Assembly (NCBI GenBank): GCA_965198435.1
Contig: OZ240664.1
Span: forward strand, 966,675-1,030,674
Reading direction: 5' to 3'
DNA length: 64,000 bases
Source: an uncultured Pseudohongiella sp.
GTDB taxonomy: Bacteria > Pseudomonadota > Gammaproteobacteria > Pseudomonadales > Pseudohongiellaceae
Within the stretch, counting starts at the first letter, position 1. Each line of letters opens with the position of its first letter. The notes beneath the pieces were generated by a model. It was not told the origin of the DNA, searched no databases, and saw only the letters and a program-made list of their open reading frames with translations. The translations under genes and the position numbers were made by a program. Shown in pieces: positions 37,494 through 49,153 of the stretch.

Positions 37494-38434
37494 TTATCCG
37501 CAGAAAAAACAGCCTTGATCATACACTTCTTGCTTGAGTAGATGTCCGTGCTTGTTAACCCAACTCCCATCCTTTAGGTCGCTCGCAAGTGCTTGTAATC
37601 CATTGTGTAAATCGTGTTCGTCTAATTTGTTTTGTGAAAGGTTGAAATTCCATTAAGATGACCTTCTTTGAGGTAGTTCTCCGGCTGCACCCAATACGCC
37701 ATCGCAGAATGATCCTGCAAATCTTTGGGCAATGGAAAGAGTTCCTGGGAAGAGCACTTATTTAACTCGCTCTCTGCGTAATTTCTTAGGGAACCTCTGA
37801 TTAATTACCTAGGTTGTTATTGCTGTGTTAAAAATCAGCTCAAAATGCGCATTTATGACCTATAAACTGCGCTTTTTCGCTGATCTTTGCCTTGCACTAA
37901 CTGCCTCGCAAACATTAATCAGAGGCTCCTTGGTTGATGTACGGAAAGGCTCAGGACTTTATCACTATCCTTAAACTGAGGAATGTAATCAAATAACTGG
38001 AAGCTGGCTTGGAATTCGATATCAAAGGCAAACATCACTAAAAGTCCATTGCTGATGACTCGAATTGCTTCCATTATCCCTTTTTGCCAATCCTGGAAGT
38101 GATGGGTACACAAGGTCATGACTGCTGCATCGAAGCGGTCATTACTGAAAAGAAGATTTTCAGCAATGCCATCATGACAACAGAGAGTTAGATGCTGTTT
38201 CGCCTGTCCACGCATAACAGAGGAAGGTTATACTGCGTTCACTTTCAGACCCAAACCCAAACCCCAACCCAGGCTCGGCGAGTCCACAACTGCAGTTTCC
38301 TGTTCCAGCTCCGATGTCATAAGTGAAGAGCCTTTACGTATAGCGCATAAATCGCTTAAGCGAGTGGCAATTCGAGGATGCGCTGCGCGAGTTGAGAAAC
38401 AGGTCTTACCAATCTGGTTGTAGCGGGCTGGCAT
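37494..38434 (-). pseudogene. class I SAM-dependent methyltransferase, disrupted by MITE A11, frameshifts and a nonsense codon
   Basis: The N-terminus YNQIGKTCFSTR..GSSL is in one frame and motif I DIGAGTGN is shifted. There is an in-frame TAA in VNAV*PSSVM. MITE A11 lies inside the gene, and the C-terminal part (AMAYWVQPENYL .. DLKDGSWV) continues beyond it. Confidence 0.8.
37790..37929 (+). mobile_element. MITE-A copy A11 (140 bp, F) inserted in a coding sequence
   Basis: Flanks TTAG/TTGG (1 mismatch). Gene-derived sequence lies on both sides. Confidence 0.9.
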
Positions 38435-38576
38435 AGCTTAGAAGCAGCTTAGCATGGTCGGTTTCTTAAAAACTGATTCAACAAATTATTGGCTTGAATC
38501 TTGTGGAAAGATGCCCATAAATAGGGTCTACAATAGTGAAAATGTGCTCTTGACTCATCGTCATGGATATCGATCA

Positions 38577-39647
38577 ATGAAAGGTTTCTATTCAGCGCTA
38601 CTGGGCGGCACCCTTGCCTTGATACTGTCGGGCCTTGTGGCAGCTCAAACTCAGCCGTATTCAGAGTTCGCAACCAACGACGAGGCCAACAATATTGAGG
38701 TGTTTAAACGCACCAGCCCTTCAGTTGTGAATATTACCAATGCCAGATTGGTGCGCTCGTTTTACTCACTCAATCCCCAGGAGGTTCCACAGGGTAGCGG
38801 TACAGGATTTGTTTGGGACAAGGGGGGTCATATCGTGACTAATTATCATGTGGTTCAACAGGCAGACAGGGTGCTGGTAACGATGCAGGATGGCACCACC
38901 TATGCTGCCCGCGCAGTGGGATTGGACCCGAGTCGTGACCTTGCAGTATTAAAAATCGATGCCGATCAGGAGCTGATTCCAGTGATTCCTGGAGATTCTT
39001 CTTTATTGGAAGTGGGCCGCAAAGTAATCGCCATCGGCAACCCCTTTGGTCTCGATACCACAATGACCGTTGGCGTGGTGAGCGCGCTGGGACGGGAAAT
39101 TGATTCTGTTAATCGGCGTACGATCCGCGATGTCATTCAAACTGATGCCGCAATCAACCCAGGCAATTCAGGCGGCCCGCTTTTAAATTCTCTTGGACAG
39201 CTTATTGGGGTTAACACAGCCATCTATAGCCCAAGTGGTGGCAGTTCAGGTATTGGTTTTGCTATTCCGGTGAACACGGTTAGCAGTGTGGTTCCACAGC
39301 TCATTCAATATGGCAGAGTGCAGACCCCTATCTTGGGTGTGACTCGAATACCTCAGCCTGATTACTATCGGCGGTTGTGGGGTATTGAAGGTGTCATTGT
39401 GATGGATACAGTGGAAGGCACAGATCCTGAGCGCCTGGGCATGCGTGGACTTGCCCGTTCCGAGCGAGGGAGGATCGTTTTGGGAGACGTGATCGTTGAA
39501 GTGGACGGTGAACCTGTCCGTAATGAGAACGACCTGGCTGGCATTATTGAGCAAAAACAACCCGGCGATACTGTGAGAGTTCTCACGCAGCGTGACAATA
39601 ACGTATTAAGTTATGAGATCAAGTTGCAGGCACCGCCCAATCCTTAA
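38577..39647 (+). CDS. HtrA/DegP-family periplasmic serine protease with one PDZ domain
   Basis: Signal peptide [23 protein letters not shown]. Catalytic motifs TNYHVV, DLAVLKI and GNSGGPL. The start was trimmed to the ATG at 38577. Confidence 0.85.
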   Translation: MKGFYSALLGGTLALILSGLVAAQTQPYSEFATNDEANNIEVFKRTSPSVVNITNARLVRSFYSLNPQEVPQGSGTGFVWDKGGHIVTNYHVVQQADRVLVTMQDGTTYAARAVGLDPSRDLAVLKIDADQELIPVIPGDSSLLEVGRKVIAIGNPFGLDTTMTVGVVSALGREIDSVNRRTIRDVIQTDAAINPGNSGGPLLNSLGQLIGVNTAIYSPSGGSSGIGFAIPVNTVSSVVPQLIQYGRVQTPILGVTRIPQPDYYRRLWGIEGVIVMDTVEGTDPERLGMRGLARSERGRIVLGDVIVEVDGEPVRNENDLAGIIEQKQPGDTVRVLTQRDNNVLSYEIKLQAPPNP

Positions 39648-41041
39648 CGGGTTTGCAATTTTTTCCGAGCAGAATCTGCTGCTCGCTTGACTTGTTCAGG
39701 TGCAGTCGCGCCAAAGTGGTTTCTCGCGGCAAGAGAACCTTCAAGAGTGAGAACCTCGAACACATCTTCAGTAATTACATCACTACACGATTGCAGTTGA
39801 CTTAATTCAAGCTCAGAAAGATCCAGCCCAAGCTCAATACCTGATTTTACGGCATTGCCAACCACTTCATGAGCATCGCGAAAAGGGAGTCCTTTCTTCA
39901 CCAGATAATCAGCCAGGTCTGTTGCAGTTGCATAACCCAGCCTGGTCGACTGTAACATAGCTTCCTTATTGCAAACTATGGCAGGTACCATGCTCGCATA
40001 AGCGTAAAGACAATCTTCCAGGGTATCCAATAAATCAAACAATGGCTCTTTGTCTTCTTGATTATCTTTGTTGTAGGCTAAAGGCTGTGACTTCATCAGT
40101 GTTAGCAAAGACATCAGGTGGCCAGTTACACGACCAGTTTTACCTCGAATCAGTTCAGGTACGTCGGGATTTTTCTTTTGCGGCATTATCGAAGAGCCAG
40201 TACAGAATCGATCAGGCAATTCTATAAAGTTAAATTGCGCGGAAGTCCACAGCACCAGCTCTTCAGAAAAACGAGATAGATGAGTCATGATAAGACTGCC
40301 AGCGGCTGCCAACTCGATAGCGAAATCTCGATCGCTCACTGAATCCAGAGAATTATTGCTAGGGGCATCGAAACCCAGTAACTCCGCAGTGTAGTTTCTG
40401 TCGATTGGGAAAGTCGTTCCCGCAAGTGCAGCTGCACCCAGTGGCGAAACATTCACCCGTTTACGACAGTCTTGCAGCCTGCTGAAATCGCGATCCAGCA
40501 TTTCGAACCAGGCCAGCATATGATGGCCGAAACTAACCGGTTGTGCAGTTTGCAAATGGGTGAAACCAGGCATTATTGTTTCTGCTTCACGCTCAGCTAA
40601 GTCAACCAGATTGGTTTGAAGTTGACTGAGTAAACCACTTAGCGCATCAATTCTATCTCTGACATAGAGGCGAATATCTGTGGCCACCTGGTCGTTGCGC
40701 GACCTTCCGGTGTGTAGTTTTTTACCTGCTTCACCTATGCGATTGCTAAGTGCAGCTTCGATGTTCATGTGAACATCTTCCAGCTCAACAGACCACTCAA
40801 ACCGATTTGCGGCAATATCTTCTCGAATAGCAATCAATCCGGATTCGATTTGTTGATACTCTTCTGCGGTCAAAACACCAACTTTGTTTAACATACCCGC
40901 ATGAGCAATTGAGCTTTCGATATCATATTCATAAAGCCGCTGATCGAATTGCACGGAGGCCGTAAATTGCTCGACGAACTCGTCAGTGGCTTCACTGAAC
41001 CTTCCGCCCCACAATTTGTCGGTTTTCTTATTCTCGCCCAT
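39644..41041 (-). CDS. argH: argininosuccinate lyase
   Basis: WGGRFSE .. [12 protein letters not shown] signature. I chose the ATG at 41041. The GTG at 41062 used by the ORF track is an alternative. Confidence 0.9.
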   Translation of the reverse strand: MGENKKTDKLWGGRFSEATDEFVEQFTASVQFDQRLYEYDIESSIAHAGMLNKVGVLTAEEYQQIESGLIAIREDIAANRFEWSVELEDVHMNIEAALSNRIGEAGKKLHTGRSRNDQVATDIRLYVRDRIDALSGLLSQLQTNLVDLAEREAETIMPGFTHLQTAQPVSFGHHMLAWFEMLDRDFSRLQDCRKRVNVSPLGAAALAGTTFPIDRNYTAELLGFDAPSNNSLDSVSDRDFAIELAAAGSLIMTHLSRFSEELVLWTSAQFNFIELPDRFCTGSSIMPQKKNPDVPELIRGKTGRVTGHLMSLLTLMKSQPLAYNKDNQEDKEPLFDLLDTLEDCLYAYASMVPAIVCNKEAMLQSTRLGYATATDLADYLVKKGLPFRDAHEVVGNAVKSGIELGLDLSELELSQLQSCSDVITEDVFEVLTLEGSLAARNHFGATAPEQVKRAADSARKKLQTR

Positions 41042-41224
41042 GGCTCTGTCGGTGTTTAACACATGTGAAAAGGGCAGGTGAGTATACAGGAAGCCTGATA
41101 AATGAAGAAGCTGTCAACGATTTGGTGAATTTCGGCCTCAGACAAAGTCAGTGCAATGCCGTAGAATACCGGCCTCGGCTACTGGAGAAGGACTATGTGA
41201 GCCGAATCATTACACGAGAAATCC

Positions 41225-42154
41225 ATGAATCGACTTCGCATTGCAACTCGAGAAAGCCCACTGGCCCTTTGGCAAGCTCACTATGTAAAGACAGCTTTAC
41301 AGGCGCAGCATAAAGAGCTAGCTGTGGAGTTAGTACCCATGACAACCCGAGGAGATCAGATACTGGATTCTCCTTTGGCCAAAGTTGGCGGCAAAGGCTT
41401 GTTCGTTAAGGAACTTGAATGTGCAATGTTGGCTGATGAAGCTGACATCGCTGTGCATTCGATGAAAGATGTACCTATGGAGTTTCCTGATGGTTTGGGT
41501 TTGGCTGTAATTTGCGAACGCGAAGACCCGAGCGATGCCTTAGTTTCCAATCAATATCAGAGCCTGGATGCTTTGCCTGAAGGTGCCAGAGTCGGAACAT
41601 CCAGTTTTCGGCGACAATGCCAACTTAAACGGCTGCGTCCTGACCTTACAATTCTGGATTTACGTGGCAATGTCGGCACTCGTTTATCAAAACTGGATGC
41701 CGGTGATTATGATGCAATCATCCTTGCCGCCGCTGGCTTATTACGATTGGAGTTATCTGACCGAATTGTGCAACGTCTGGATAGTGATCTTGTATTGCCT
41801 GCAGGTGGGCAGGGAGCAATTGGCATCGAGTGTCGTACAGAAGACATTAAAATACTGCAGTTAGTGGATTGCCTTCATCACGGTGGAACCGCGTCTCGGG
41901 TAACCGCCGAACGTGCCGTGAATGCTAAACTGCAAGGAGGCTGTCAGGTACCTATTGCCAGTTTTGCTGAATTAAGGGGGGACAATTTGTATCTTCGTGC
42001 ATTAGTAGGGTCTTTGGATGGAAGTCAGATTTTACGTACGGAGCGATTAGGTAACATGCATGATGCTGAACAGCTTGGCATTCAAGCTGCTGAAGACTTG
42101 TTAGCACAGGGAGCCGGTAAGATTCTTGAATCAATCTCAGCACCGGCTGATTAA
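41225..42154 (+). CDS. hemC: hydroxymethylbilane synthase (porphobilinogen deaminase)
   Basis: [15 protein letters not shown] .. GNVGTRL signature, 309 aa. Confidence 0.9.
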   Translation: MNRLRIATRESPLALWQAHYVKTALQAQHKELAVELVPMTTRGDQILDSPLAKVGGKGLFVKELECAMLADEADIAVHSMKDVPMEFPDGLGLAVICEREDPSDALVSNQYQSLDALPEGARVGTSSFRRQCQLKRLRPDLTILDLRGNVGTRLSKLDAGDYDAIILAAAGLLRLELSDRIVQRLDSDLVLPAGGQGAIGIECRTEDIKILQLVDCLHHGGTASRVTAERAVNAKLQGGCQVPIASFAELRGDNLYLRALVGSLDGSQILRTERLGNMHDAEQLGIQAAEDLLAQGAGKILESISAPAD

Positions 42155-42966
42155 TGGCAATGGCAAAAAGAGAAACAGGCATTGGTGAGTTATCCGCACT
42201 AACGGTGCTTGTAACACGGCCAGCCCATCAACAAGAAAGTCTTGTTCATTCAATAGAAAATCTAGGTGGTAAAACCATCAGTATGCCGCTTATTGATATC
42301 TTTCCTTTGTCTGAAGATGAAATCATAAGGACCTCATCGAATGCCATTAAGAATCTCGATCAGTTCGAGACACTCATTTTTGTAAGCAGCAATGCGGCGC
42401 GCATTGGTGGTGAAATGATCGACGCCTACTGGCCACAATTTCCAGCAGGCATTACTGTCATTGGTATTGGCCAAACTACATCGCGTGCTACCGTGGAGTG
42501 GCTGAATTGTTCTGTGGTAACGCCAGATCAGGGAAATGATAGTGAAGCGGTGCTGGCACTCCCTGAACTGCAAGAGGTTGCCGAGAAACGGATAGGAATA
42601 GTATGTGGAATAGGCGGTAGAGAATTACTCGCCAATGAACTATCCAGGCGCGGTGCAATAGTTGAAATCATCGAGGTATATTGCCGGGAGTCTCGTCATT
42701 ACAATCCAGAACAAGTCAATGAGTTACTTATGGATTCTGCTTGTAATTCAATAACCGTTCATAGCGGCGAGTCATTGCAACAGTTGATCGCATTGAGTGG
42801 AAATAACATAAGCCGGATCTCTCTGTTACCATTAGTGGTGCCATCCGCCAGAGTGCAAAATCACGCTCAAGAGGCTGGCTTCTCAAGAGTTATTAATGCT
42901 GTGGGCGCTGATGATCGGGCAATGACTCAAGCTCTGCAGCAAATTGCTGCAGACCGTGTTTTATAG
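42154..42966 (+). CDS. hemD: uroporphyrinogen-III synthase
   Basis: 270 aa overlapping the hemC stop. HemD-like (VLVTRP) and in the hemCDXY context. Confidence 0.8.
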   Translation: MAMAKRETGIGELSALTVLVTRPAHQQESLVHSIENLGGKTISMPLIDIFPLSEDEIIRTSSNAIKNLDQFETLIFVSSNAARIGGEMIDAYWPQFPAGITVIGIGQTTSRATVEWLNCSVVTPDQGNDSEAVLALPELQEVAEKRIGIVCGIGGRELLANELSRRGAIVEIIEVYCRESRHYNPEQVNELLMDSACNSITVHSGESLQQLIALSGNNISRISLLPLVVPSARVQNHAQEAGFSRVINAVGADDRAMTQALQQIAADRVL

Positions 42967-42980
42967 AGCCGACAAGCTAA

Positions 42981-43194
42981 GGAAGCTCTGATTAATGTTG
43001 GCGAGGCAGTCGGTGCACCAAAAGTAGCCGCTTCAGGCGAGGCAAAAATCGGCGAGCCGAAGTGTAGCGAAAACGGCACCCGCAAGGTGAGCAGCTTTAG
43101 CTGCGTAAAAAGCGCAGCTAATAACGCATAAATACGCACTTTGAGCTGATTTTTAACGCAGTAATGGCAACGCAGATAATTAATCAGAGGTTCC
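42981..43194 (-). mobile_element. MITE-A copy A12, divergent long variant (214 bp, R)
   Basis: Canonical ends (GGAAGCTCTGATTAAT .. ATTAATCAGAGGTTCC) with CTAA/CTAA flanks. About 74 bp of extra G+C-richer internal sequence includes a second GCGAGGCA segment. Confidence 0.8.
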
Positions 43195-43233
43195 CTAAGT
43201 AAGTGCAATAATCTATTTTAAAAGAGATTAACT

Positions 43234-44343
43234 GTGGCAGATAAACCGGAAACGCCAAAAATTCTTGAAGAAATATCTAAGGGAACCAATCCTAAATCTA
43301 GCGGAGGAAGTTCCCGTTCGCAAAAAAATGCCCGTCGTCGGTTTCTGATAATCCTGTTGTTGTTTCTACCTCTTGTGGCAGGTATGGCCTATTTAGGTTA
43401 TACCCAATTTAATTTACTCACAGAGCTGGCAGACCTGCAGCAGCAAAATGCTACCCTCAATGAGTCTGTGGCCGGGTATCAAACAGAACTTACTTCACTG
43501 CGCTCTCAAATAAATAGTATGCCTGAGCAAGTTACCGTAGACACAGGAGCTATAGATGCCTTGTCTTCCAGACTCGGCACAGATATTGACATGCTTGCTC
43601 AAGAAATTGTCCGGCTTGATGCTCAGCAATCAAAGATTGCGACGCCGCAAAATAGCCAATGGAAAATCTTTGAAGCAAACTATTTTGTTCAGTTGGCTAA
43701 TCGTAAACTGCAATTAGAAGGTGATTCGCTATCAGCCATTGAGTTGTTAGAGAAAGCAGATGCCGCATTATTGGAATCGGGATCCAACGCCGTGTTGCGA
43801 GCACGGCAGGCATTAGCCGACGACATTGCCATGTTAAGAGTTTTGGAACTGCTCGATAGGGAAGGCTTATTCATTCGAATTGATAATTTGAGTGATCAGA
43901 TTAGCGGGATTGATCTGTTAACTTCCATGCGTGAAAGGTTGCAAAATCGATCTGAGTCAACTGATCAGCAATCAGACTCTGAGACTTCAGGATTTATCGA
44001 TAGCAGTATGGCGTTTCTTAGCAGTGTGTTTGTGTGGCGAACCTGGGAAGACTCGCCAGAAGCAATGTTGGCGTCAGGCCAGGAAGCAATCATACAGCAG
44101 CGCGTTCAGTTATCAGTGGAGCAGGCTAAAGTCGCCTTACTCAATAGCAACGCCGCACTTTATCAACGCAGCCTGGGTGACATTTCTGACTGGATTCGGC
44201 AATACGCGACTTCTGACTCTGTTGCCGGGCAGCAAGTGTTAGCTGAACTGGCAGAACTGATGCAGATTGAAATCGATTCAGCATTGCCAGAACTCAGCCA
44301 ATCAATGGCTTCCTTGCAACAACTCACGGCGACACTGCAATAA
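43234..44343 (+). CDS. hemX: HemX family protein (uroporphyrinogen-III C-methyltransferase-annotated)
   Basis: 369 aa with an N-terminal TM segment and a coiled-coil-rich body. Position after hemD. Confidence 0.75.
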   Translation: MADKPETPKILEEISKGTNPKSSGGSSRSQKNARRRFLIILLLFLPLVAGMAYLGYTQFNLLTELADLQQQNATLNESVAGYQTELTSLRSQINSMPEQVTVDTGAIDALSSRLGTDIDMLAQEIVRLDAQQSKIATPQNSQWKIFEANYFVQLANRKLQLEGDSLSAIELLEKADAALLESGSNAVLRARQALADDIAMLRVLELLDREGLFIRIDNLSDQISGIDLLTSMRERLQNRSESTDQQSDSETSGFIDSSMAFLSSVFVWRTWEDSPEAMLASGQEAIIQQRVQLSVEQAKVALLNSNAALYQRSLGDISDWIRQYATSDSVAGQQVLAELAELMQIEIDSALPELSQSMASLQQLTATLQ

Positions 44344-44349
44344 GGAATT

Positions 44350-45606
44350 ATGATTAGGCTGTTCATACTCAGTTTACTTGCTATCGTACTTGCGCTTTGG
44401 GTAACGCTTTATGTTGGCTTCCCAACTGATCCTGGTTATCTCCTGATCGCTTTCGGTAATGTCACATTTGAAACCAGTTTGTTTGCGTTATTGGTGGCAG
44501 CCGTCGTGCTTTATGCCACCGCTAGAATTCTGTTACTCGTTCTGCACTGGGTCAATCCGATGAAGTTGTTGGCAGTTGGGCGCGAGTTGAATTCGCAGCG
44601 CAAGGCCAGGGCACGAAGTAATACTACAGAAGGTTTACTGGCCTTAGCACGTGGAAACTGGCAGGCGAGCCTTAAGTTCTTACAAAAAGGCATCACGGAA
44701 AAGGACGCGACTGTTGTAAACAACCTGGCTGCTGCCTATGCCGCGCATCAATTAGGTCACCGAGACACCTGGGTTGAACTGTTAGAATCGGCTGAAGTTA
44801 ATTACCCTACTGCCCGCTCAACCATCAATTATGTGAAGGCACAACTACATTTTAAATCTGGTCAACTGGAACAAAGTCTTGCAGTTCTTGAAGAACTGAA
44901 AAAAAATGCCCTGAACGATGGCAATTTGCTTGGCCTGTTAAAAGAAGTATATGTGCAACTTGATGACTGGCAGCACCTGGAGGGGTTACTGCCAAGTCTG
45001 GAGAAGAGCAAGTTACTGGACAGTGAAGACCTCGTTCGTATTCAGAAACGCATCTTCATGGAAAAACTGTATGCATGCTTTAATACTGTCAATGGCGGTG
45101 ATAGCAACGCGTTAGGAGAAATGAAAACGCTCTGGAAAAAAGCGCCGACCAGTTTTCAAAAAGACGGGAAGGTTGTTTCCCATTATGCTGATCTGCTCAT
45201 TCAGTTAGGGGAAAAACAAGACGCAGCGAAAACCATAGAAACGGCTTTGAGTAGAATCTGGGATTCTAACCTGGTTCAGTTGTACGGCGCTAAGGAATAT
45301 GGGATCAGTGCGCAACAGCTATTGGTAGCCGAGAATTGGTTAAAAGCGAATCCTGCTGATGCGGCGCTATTGCTGAGTTTGGGGCGTATCAGTATGCGCA
45401 ACCAATTGTGGGGAAAGGCAAAAGAGTACTATGAAGCGAGTATTAAAATTACTCCATCCGCTGAAGCCTACGGCGAACTCGGCCGTCTCATGAAACATCT
45501 AGGCGATATTGAAGCGAGTGAAGCGTATTTAAAAAACTATGGAGACTTGATGGGGTCTTCTCTTCCAGAGTTGCCGATGCCTAATCCAGATCAGGTAACT
45601 CATTAG
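44350..45606 (+). CDS. hemY: HemY family protein
   Basis: 418 aa with two N-terminal TM segments plus TPR-like repeats. Position after hemX. Confidence 0.8.
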   Translation: MIRLFILSLLAIVLALWVTLYVGFPTDPGYLLIAFGNVTFETSLFALLVAAVVLYATARILLLVLHWVNPMKLLAVGRELNSQRKARARSNTTEGLLALARGNWQASLKFLQKGITEKDATVVNNLAAAYAAHQLGHRDTWVELLESAEVNYPTARSTINYVKAQLHFKSGQLEQSLAVLEELKKNALNDGNLLGLLKEVYVQLDDWQHLEGLLPSLEKSKLLDSEDLVRIQKRIFMEKLYACFNTVNGGDSNALGEMKTLWKKAPTSFQKDGKVVSHYADLLIQLGEKQDAAKTIETALSRIWDSNLVQLYGAKEYGISAQQLLVAENWLKANPADAALLLSLGRISMRNQLWGKAKEYYEASIKITPSAEAYGELGRLMKHLGDIEASEAYLKNYGDLMGSSLPELPMPNPDQVTH

Positions 45607-45629
45607 CTCTTTGGCTCACTAGAAAGTAG

Positions 45630-45770
45630 GGAGCCTCTGATTAATGTTTGCGAGGCAGTTAGTGCAAGGCAAAAATCAGCGAAAAAGCGCAGTTTATAGG
45701 TCATAAATGCGCATTTTGAGCTGATTTTTAACGCAGCAATAACCAACGTAGGTAATTAATCAGAGGTTCC
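45630..45770 (-). mobile_element. MITE-A copy A13 (141 bp, R)
   Basis: Flanks GTAG/TTAG (1 mismatch). The ubiD stop codon (TAA, 45771-45773) directly abuts the element. Confidence 0.9.
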
Positions 45771-47243
45771 TTAGTCTTTATCGATTCCCAGCTCTTCCCA
45801 TAGTTCATCAACGCGGGCTTTTACTTCATCACTCATGGTAATGGGTTTGCCCCATTCTCGTTCTGTCTCAGCAGGCCATTTATTGGTGGCATCCAATCCC
45901 ATCTTGGAGCCTAGTCCAGCCACCGGTGAAGCGAAATCAAGATAATCTATCGGGGTATTGTCGATCATAACGGTATCGCGAATTGGATCCATTCGGGTTG
46001 TGATTGCCCAGATGACATCTTCCCATTGTCGAATATCCACATCATCATCAGCGACAATGATAAATTTTGTATACATGAACTGTCGTAAAAAAGACCACAC
46101 GCCCATCATGACCCGCTTGGCATGACCGGGATACTGTTTCTTCATACTCACAATTGCGAGTCTGTAGGAACAGCCTTCAGGAGGCAGATAGAAATCGACA
46201 ATCTCTGTAAACTGTTTTTGTAATAAAGGCACGAATACTTCATTTAACGCGACCCCCAGCATTGCAGGCTCATCTGGCGGACGACCGGTGTAGGTACTGT
46301 GATAGATAGGATCTTTGCGATGGGTTATTCGAGTTACCGTAAATACTGGAAACTGTTCAGTTTCATTATAGTAACCAGTATGGTCACCATAGGGTCCTTC
46401 TTCAGCAGCCTCATCTGGATGAATAACACCTTCCAGCACAAACTCCGCACTTGCCGGTACTTGCAAGTCATTAGTTTGTGATTGCACTACTTCTGATTTG
46501 CTGTTTCTCAATAAGCCCGCGAAGGCATATTCAGACAAAGTGTCCGGTACCGGTGTCACTGTGGCGAGAATCGTCGCCGGGTCAGCACCTATTGCGATAG
46601 AAACAGGAAATGGTTCGCCGGGATGCTGCAGTTGCCAGTCACGGAAATCCAATGCACCACCACGGTGGGATAGCCAACGCATGATCAGCTTATTCTTCCC
46701 AAGCAGCTGCATGCGGTAGATACCGAGATTCTGCCGTTCTTTTTCAGGCCCTTTAGTAATGACCAACGGCCACGTCACCAGCGGCGCCACATCGCCAGGC
46801 CAACAGGTTTGAATAGGCAGCTGAGTGAGATCAATTGCATTGCCCTCGACTACGATCTCCTGACACGGTGCAGACTTTTTTACTGCAGGAGAAATGTTTA
46901 AAACATTTTTATAGCTCGGCAGACTTTGCCAGAGATCTTTCCAGCCGGAAGGGGGCGAGGGCTCCTTTAAGAAAGCTAATAATTTGCCAACGTCTCTTAA
47001 TCCTTCCAGATTTTCTTGCCCCATTGCCAGTGCGATACGGCGAGTATTGCCAAACAAGTTCGCAAGCAGAGGAATTGATGACCCTTTGGGATTTTCAAAT
47101 AACAATGCAGGGCCACCAGACCGCAAAGTACGGTCTGATATTTCAGTAATTTCGAGGTAAGGATCAACTTCAGCAGAAATGCGTTTAAGTTCGCCTTCCT
47201 GCTCCAGAAGTTCGATGAAGTCGCGCAGATCTTTGAATGCCAT
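45771..47243 (-). CDS. ubiD: 4-hydroxy-3-polyprenylbenzoate decarboxylase
   Basis: 490-aa UbiD-family sequence throughout. Downstream of rho, as in E. coli. Confidence 0.9.
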   Translation of the reverse strand: MAFKDLRDFIELLEQEGELKRISAEVDPYLEITEISDRTLRSGGPALLFENPKGSSIPLLANLFGNTRRIALAMGQENLEGLRDVGKLLAFLKEPSPPSGWKDLWQSLPSYKNVLNISPAVKKSAPCQEIVVEGNAIDLTQLPIQTCWPGDVAPLVTWPLVITKGPEKERQNLGIYRMQLLGKNKLIMRWLSHRGGALDFRDWQLQHPGEPFPVSIAIGADPATILATVTPVPDTLSEYAFAGLLRNSKSEVVQSQTNDLQVPASAEFVLEGVIHPDEAAEEGPYGDHTGYYNETEQFPVFTVTRITHRKDPIYHSTYTGRPPDEPAMLGVALNEVFVPLLQKQFTEIVDFYLPPEGCSYRLAIVSMKKQYPGHAKRVMMGVWSFLRQFMYTKFIIVADDDVDIRQWEDVIWAITTRMDPIRDTVMIDNTPIDYLDFASPVAGLGSKMGLDATNKWPAETEREWGKPITMSDEVKARVDELWEELGIDKD

Positions 47244-47294
47244 TATGCGATTCTTGATATTTGCGTTAAGTGCTTTGGCAGCTAAGCGGCGGTA

Positions 47295-48554
47295 TTACTT
47301 GCGCTTCATTGCGTTGAAAAATTCATCATTGGTTTTAGTATCTTTGAGTTTATCGAGTATGAATTCGGTAGCTTGCACGTCTTCCATTGAACTTAATAGC
47401 TTGCGCAAAATCCACATGCGTTGCAGTTCTTCTTCCGTGGTCAGTAAATCTTCGCGACGTGTGCCGGAGCGACGAACATTAATAGCTGGATAAACACGTC
47501 TCTCTGCAATCTTACGGTCCAGGTGAAGTTCCATGTTACCAGTGCCCTTAAATTCCTCGTAGATGACTTCATCCATCTTTGACCCTGTTTCAATCAAAGC
47601 AGTGGCAACAATACTCAGGCTACCTCCCTCTTCGAGATTTCGAGCAGCACCGAAGAAACGCTTGGGACGCTCTAACGCATGAGCGTCAACACCACCGGTG
47701 AGTACTTTGCCAGATGAAGGCACGATTGTGTTGTAAGCACGGGCCAGTCGGGTAATCGAATCGAGAAGAATCACAACATCTTCTTTGTGCTCCACCAAAC
47801 GCTTGGCCTTTTCAATTACCATCTCCGCAACTTGAACATGACGTGAAGGTGGTTCATCAAAAGTACTCGCAACGACTTCTCCACGAACAGAGCGTTGCAT
47901 CTCTGTGACTTCTTCCGGGCGCTCATCAATCAGCAGCACTATCAATCGGCACTCTGGGTTATTGCGCGTTATTGATTGTGCGATGTTTTGCAGAATGAGT
48001 GTTTTACCAGCCTTGGGAGGAGAGACAATCAAGCCTCTCTGGCCCTTACCAATTGGAGAAGTCAGGTCTATTACTCTTGCGCTTAGATCTTCTGTGCTGC
48101 CGTTGCCAACTTGAAGTTCGAGACGGTCTTGTGGGAAAAGTGGGGTAAGGTTTTCGAAAAGTATCTTGTTTTTTGAGGCTTCTGGTTTGTTGAAGTTGAT
48201 TTCTGAAATCTTCAACAGAGCAAAATATCTTTCACCGTCTTTTGGAGGTCTGATCTTACCAGCAACGGTATCACCCGTCCGTAAATTGAATCTTCGTATC
48301 TGGCTAGGTGAGACATAAATATCGTCTGGGCCTGCCAAATAAGATGAGTCGGCTGATCGTAAAAATCCGAATCCATCTTGCAGTATTTCAAGTACGCCAT
48401 CGCCATAGATGTCTTCGCCATTCTTGGCATGTTTCTTAAGAATGACAAAGATGATGTCTTGTTTGCGAGTTCGGGACACATTGTCCAAACCCATTTCATG
48501 GGCTGTTTTGATTAATTCAGCAATTGGTTTTTGCTTGAGTTCGGTCAGGTTCAT
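47295..48554 (-). CDS. rho: transcription termination factor Rho
   Basis: 419 aa. MNLTELK.., Walker A PPKAGKT and the RNA-binding domain are all highly conserved. Confidence 0.95.
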   Translation of the reverse strand: MNLTELKQKPIAELIKTAHEMGLDNVSRTRKQDIIFVILKKHAKNGEDIYGDGVLEILQDGFGFLRSADSSYLAGPDDIYVSPSQIRRFNLRTGDTVAGKIRPPKDGERYFALLKISEINFNKPEASKNKILFENLTPLFPQDRLELQVGNGSTEDLSARVIDLTSPIGKGQRGLIVSPPKAGKTLILQNIAQSITRNNPECRLIVLLIDERPEEVTEMQRSVRGEVVASTFDEPPSRHVQVAEMVIEKAKRLVEHKEDVVILLDSITRLARAYNTIVPSSGKVLTGGVDAHALERPKRFFGAARNLEEGGSLSIVATALIETGSKMDEVIYEEFKGTGNMELHLDRKIAERRVYPAINVRRSGTRREDLLTTEEELQRMWILRKLLSSMEDVQATEFILDKLKDTKTNDEFFNAMKRK

Positions 48555-48672
48555 AGTTGAAGATCTTTCAGAAAGTGTAAAAGAGTAATTCGGCGATTCG
48601 TCATCGCGTATTGCGAATGCATCTACATTGAAGTGTCATAACTCATACGATAAAAACTTTAGATAAAGCTAA

Positions 48673-48825
48673 AGAACCTCTGATTAATTACCTACGTTGT
48701 TATTGCTGCATTAAAATGCTGCATTAAAAATCAGCTCAAAATGCGCATTTATTAGCTATAAACTGCGCTTTTTCGCTGATTTTTGCCTTGCACTAACTGC
48801 CTCGCAAACATTAATCAGAGGCTCC
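48673..48825 (+). mobile_element. MITE-A copy A14 (153 bp, F)
   Basis: CTAA/CTAA flanks. Has a 13-bp internal duplication (GCTGCATTAAAAT) and the left-end variant AGAACC. Lies 118 bp upstream of the rho ATG. Confidence 0.9.
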
Positions 48826-49017
48826 CTAAGGGTAAATTAAGAAAAATTTGTGTGATTAAAAAAAGAAGTTATTGCTGAAACTGCTTAATAATTCTGTAGA
48901 CATTTACTTGAACCTTGTTTGGGCTATTGGTTCTTCTACGGCAGTGCTTTAATTTTTAATGCACTGGTACATTGCTGGATTCGAATTTTCTAATTCTTAT
49001 TAGTTTTTAGTGTCTAC

Positions 49018-49044
49018 TTAATCGTGTTAATCGTGTTAATCGTG
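49018..49044. repeat. 3 x 9-bp tandem repeat TTAATCGTG
   Basis: Perfect triplication in the trxA-rho spacer. Confidence 0.9.
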
Positions 49045-49118
49045 CCGCTGATCTTTTGTTTTCTAATCTTATAATCTACCGCTTACAAACTTTATGTTCC
49101 ATCAGCTCGAATATGGCA

Positions 49119-49153
49119 CTTTTTTCTTTTCTTTTTTTCTTTCTTTCCTTTTC
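49119..49153. repeat. 35-nt polypyrimidine (plus strand) / polypurine (minus strand) tract
   Basis: CTTTTTTCTTTTCTTTTTTTCTTTCTTTCCTTTTC contains only C and T. Confidence 0.9.
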
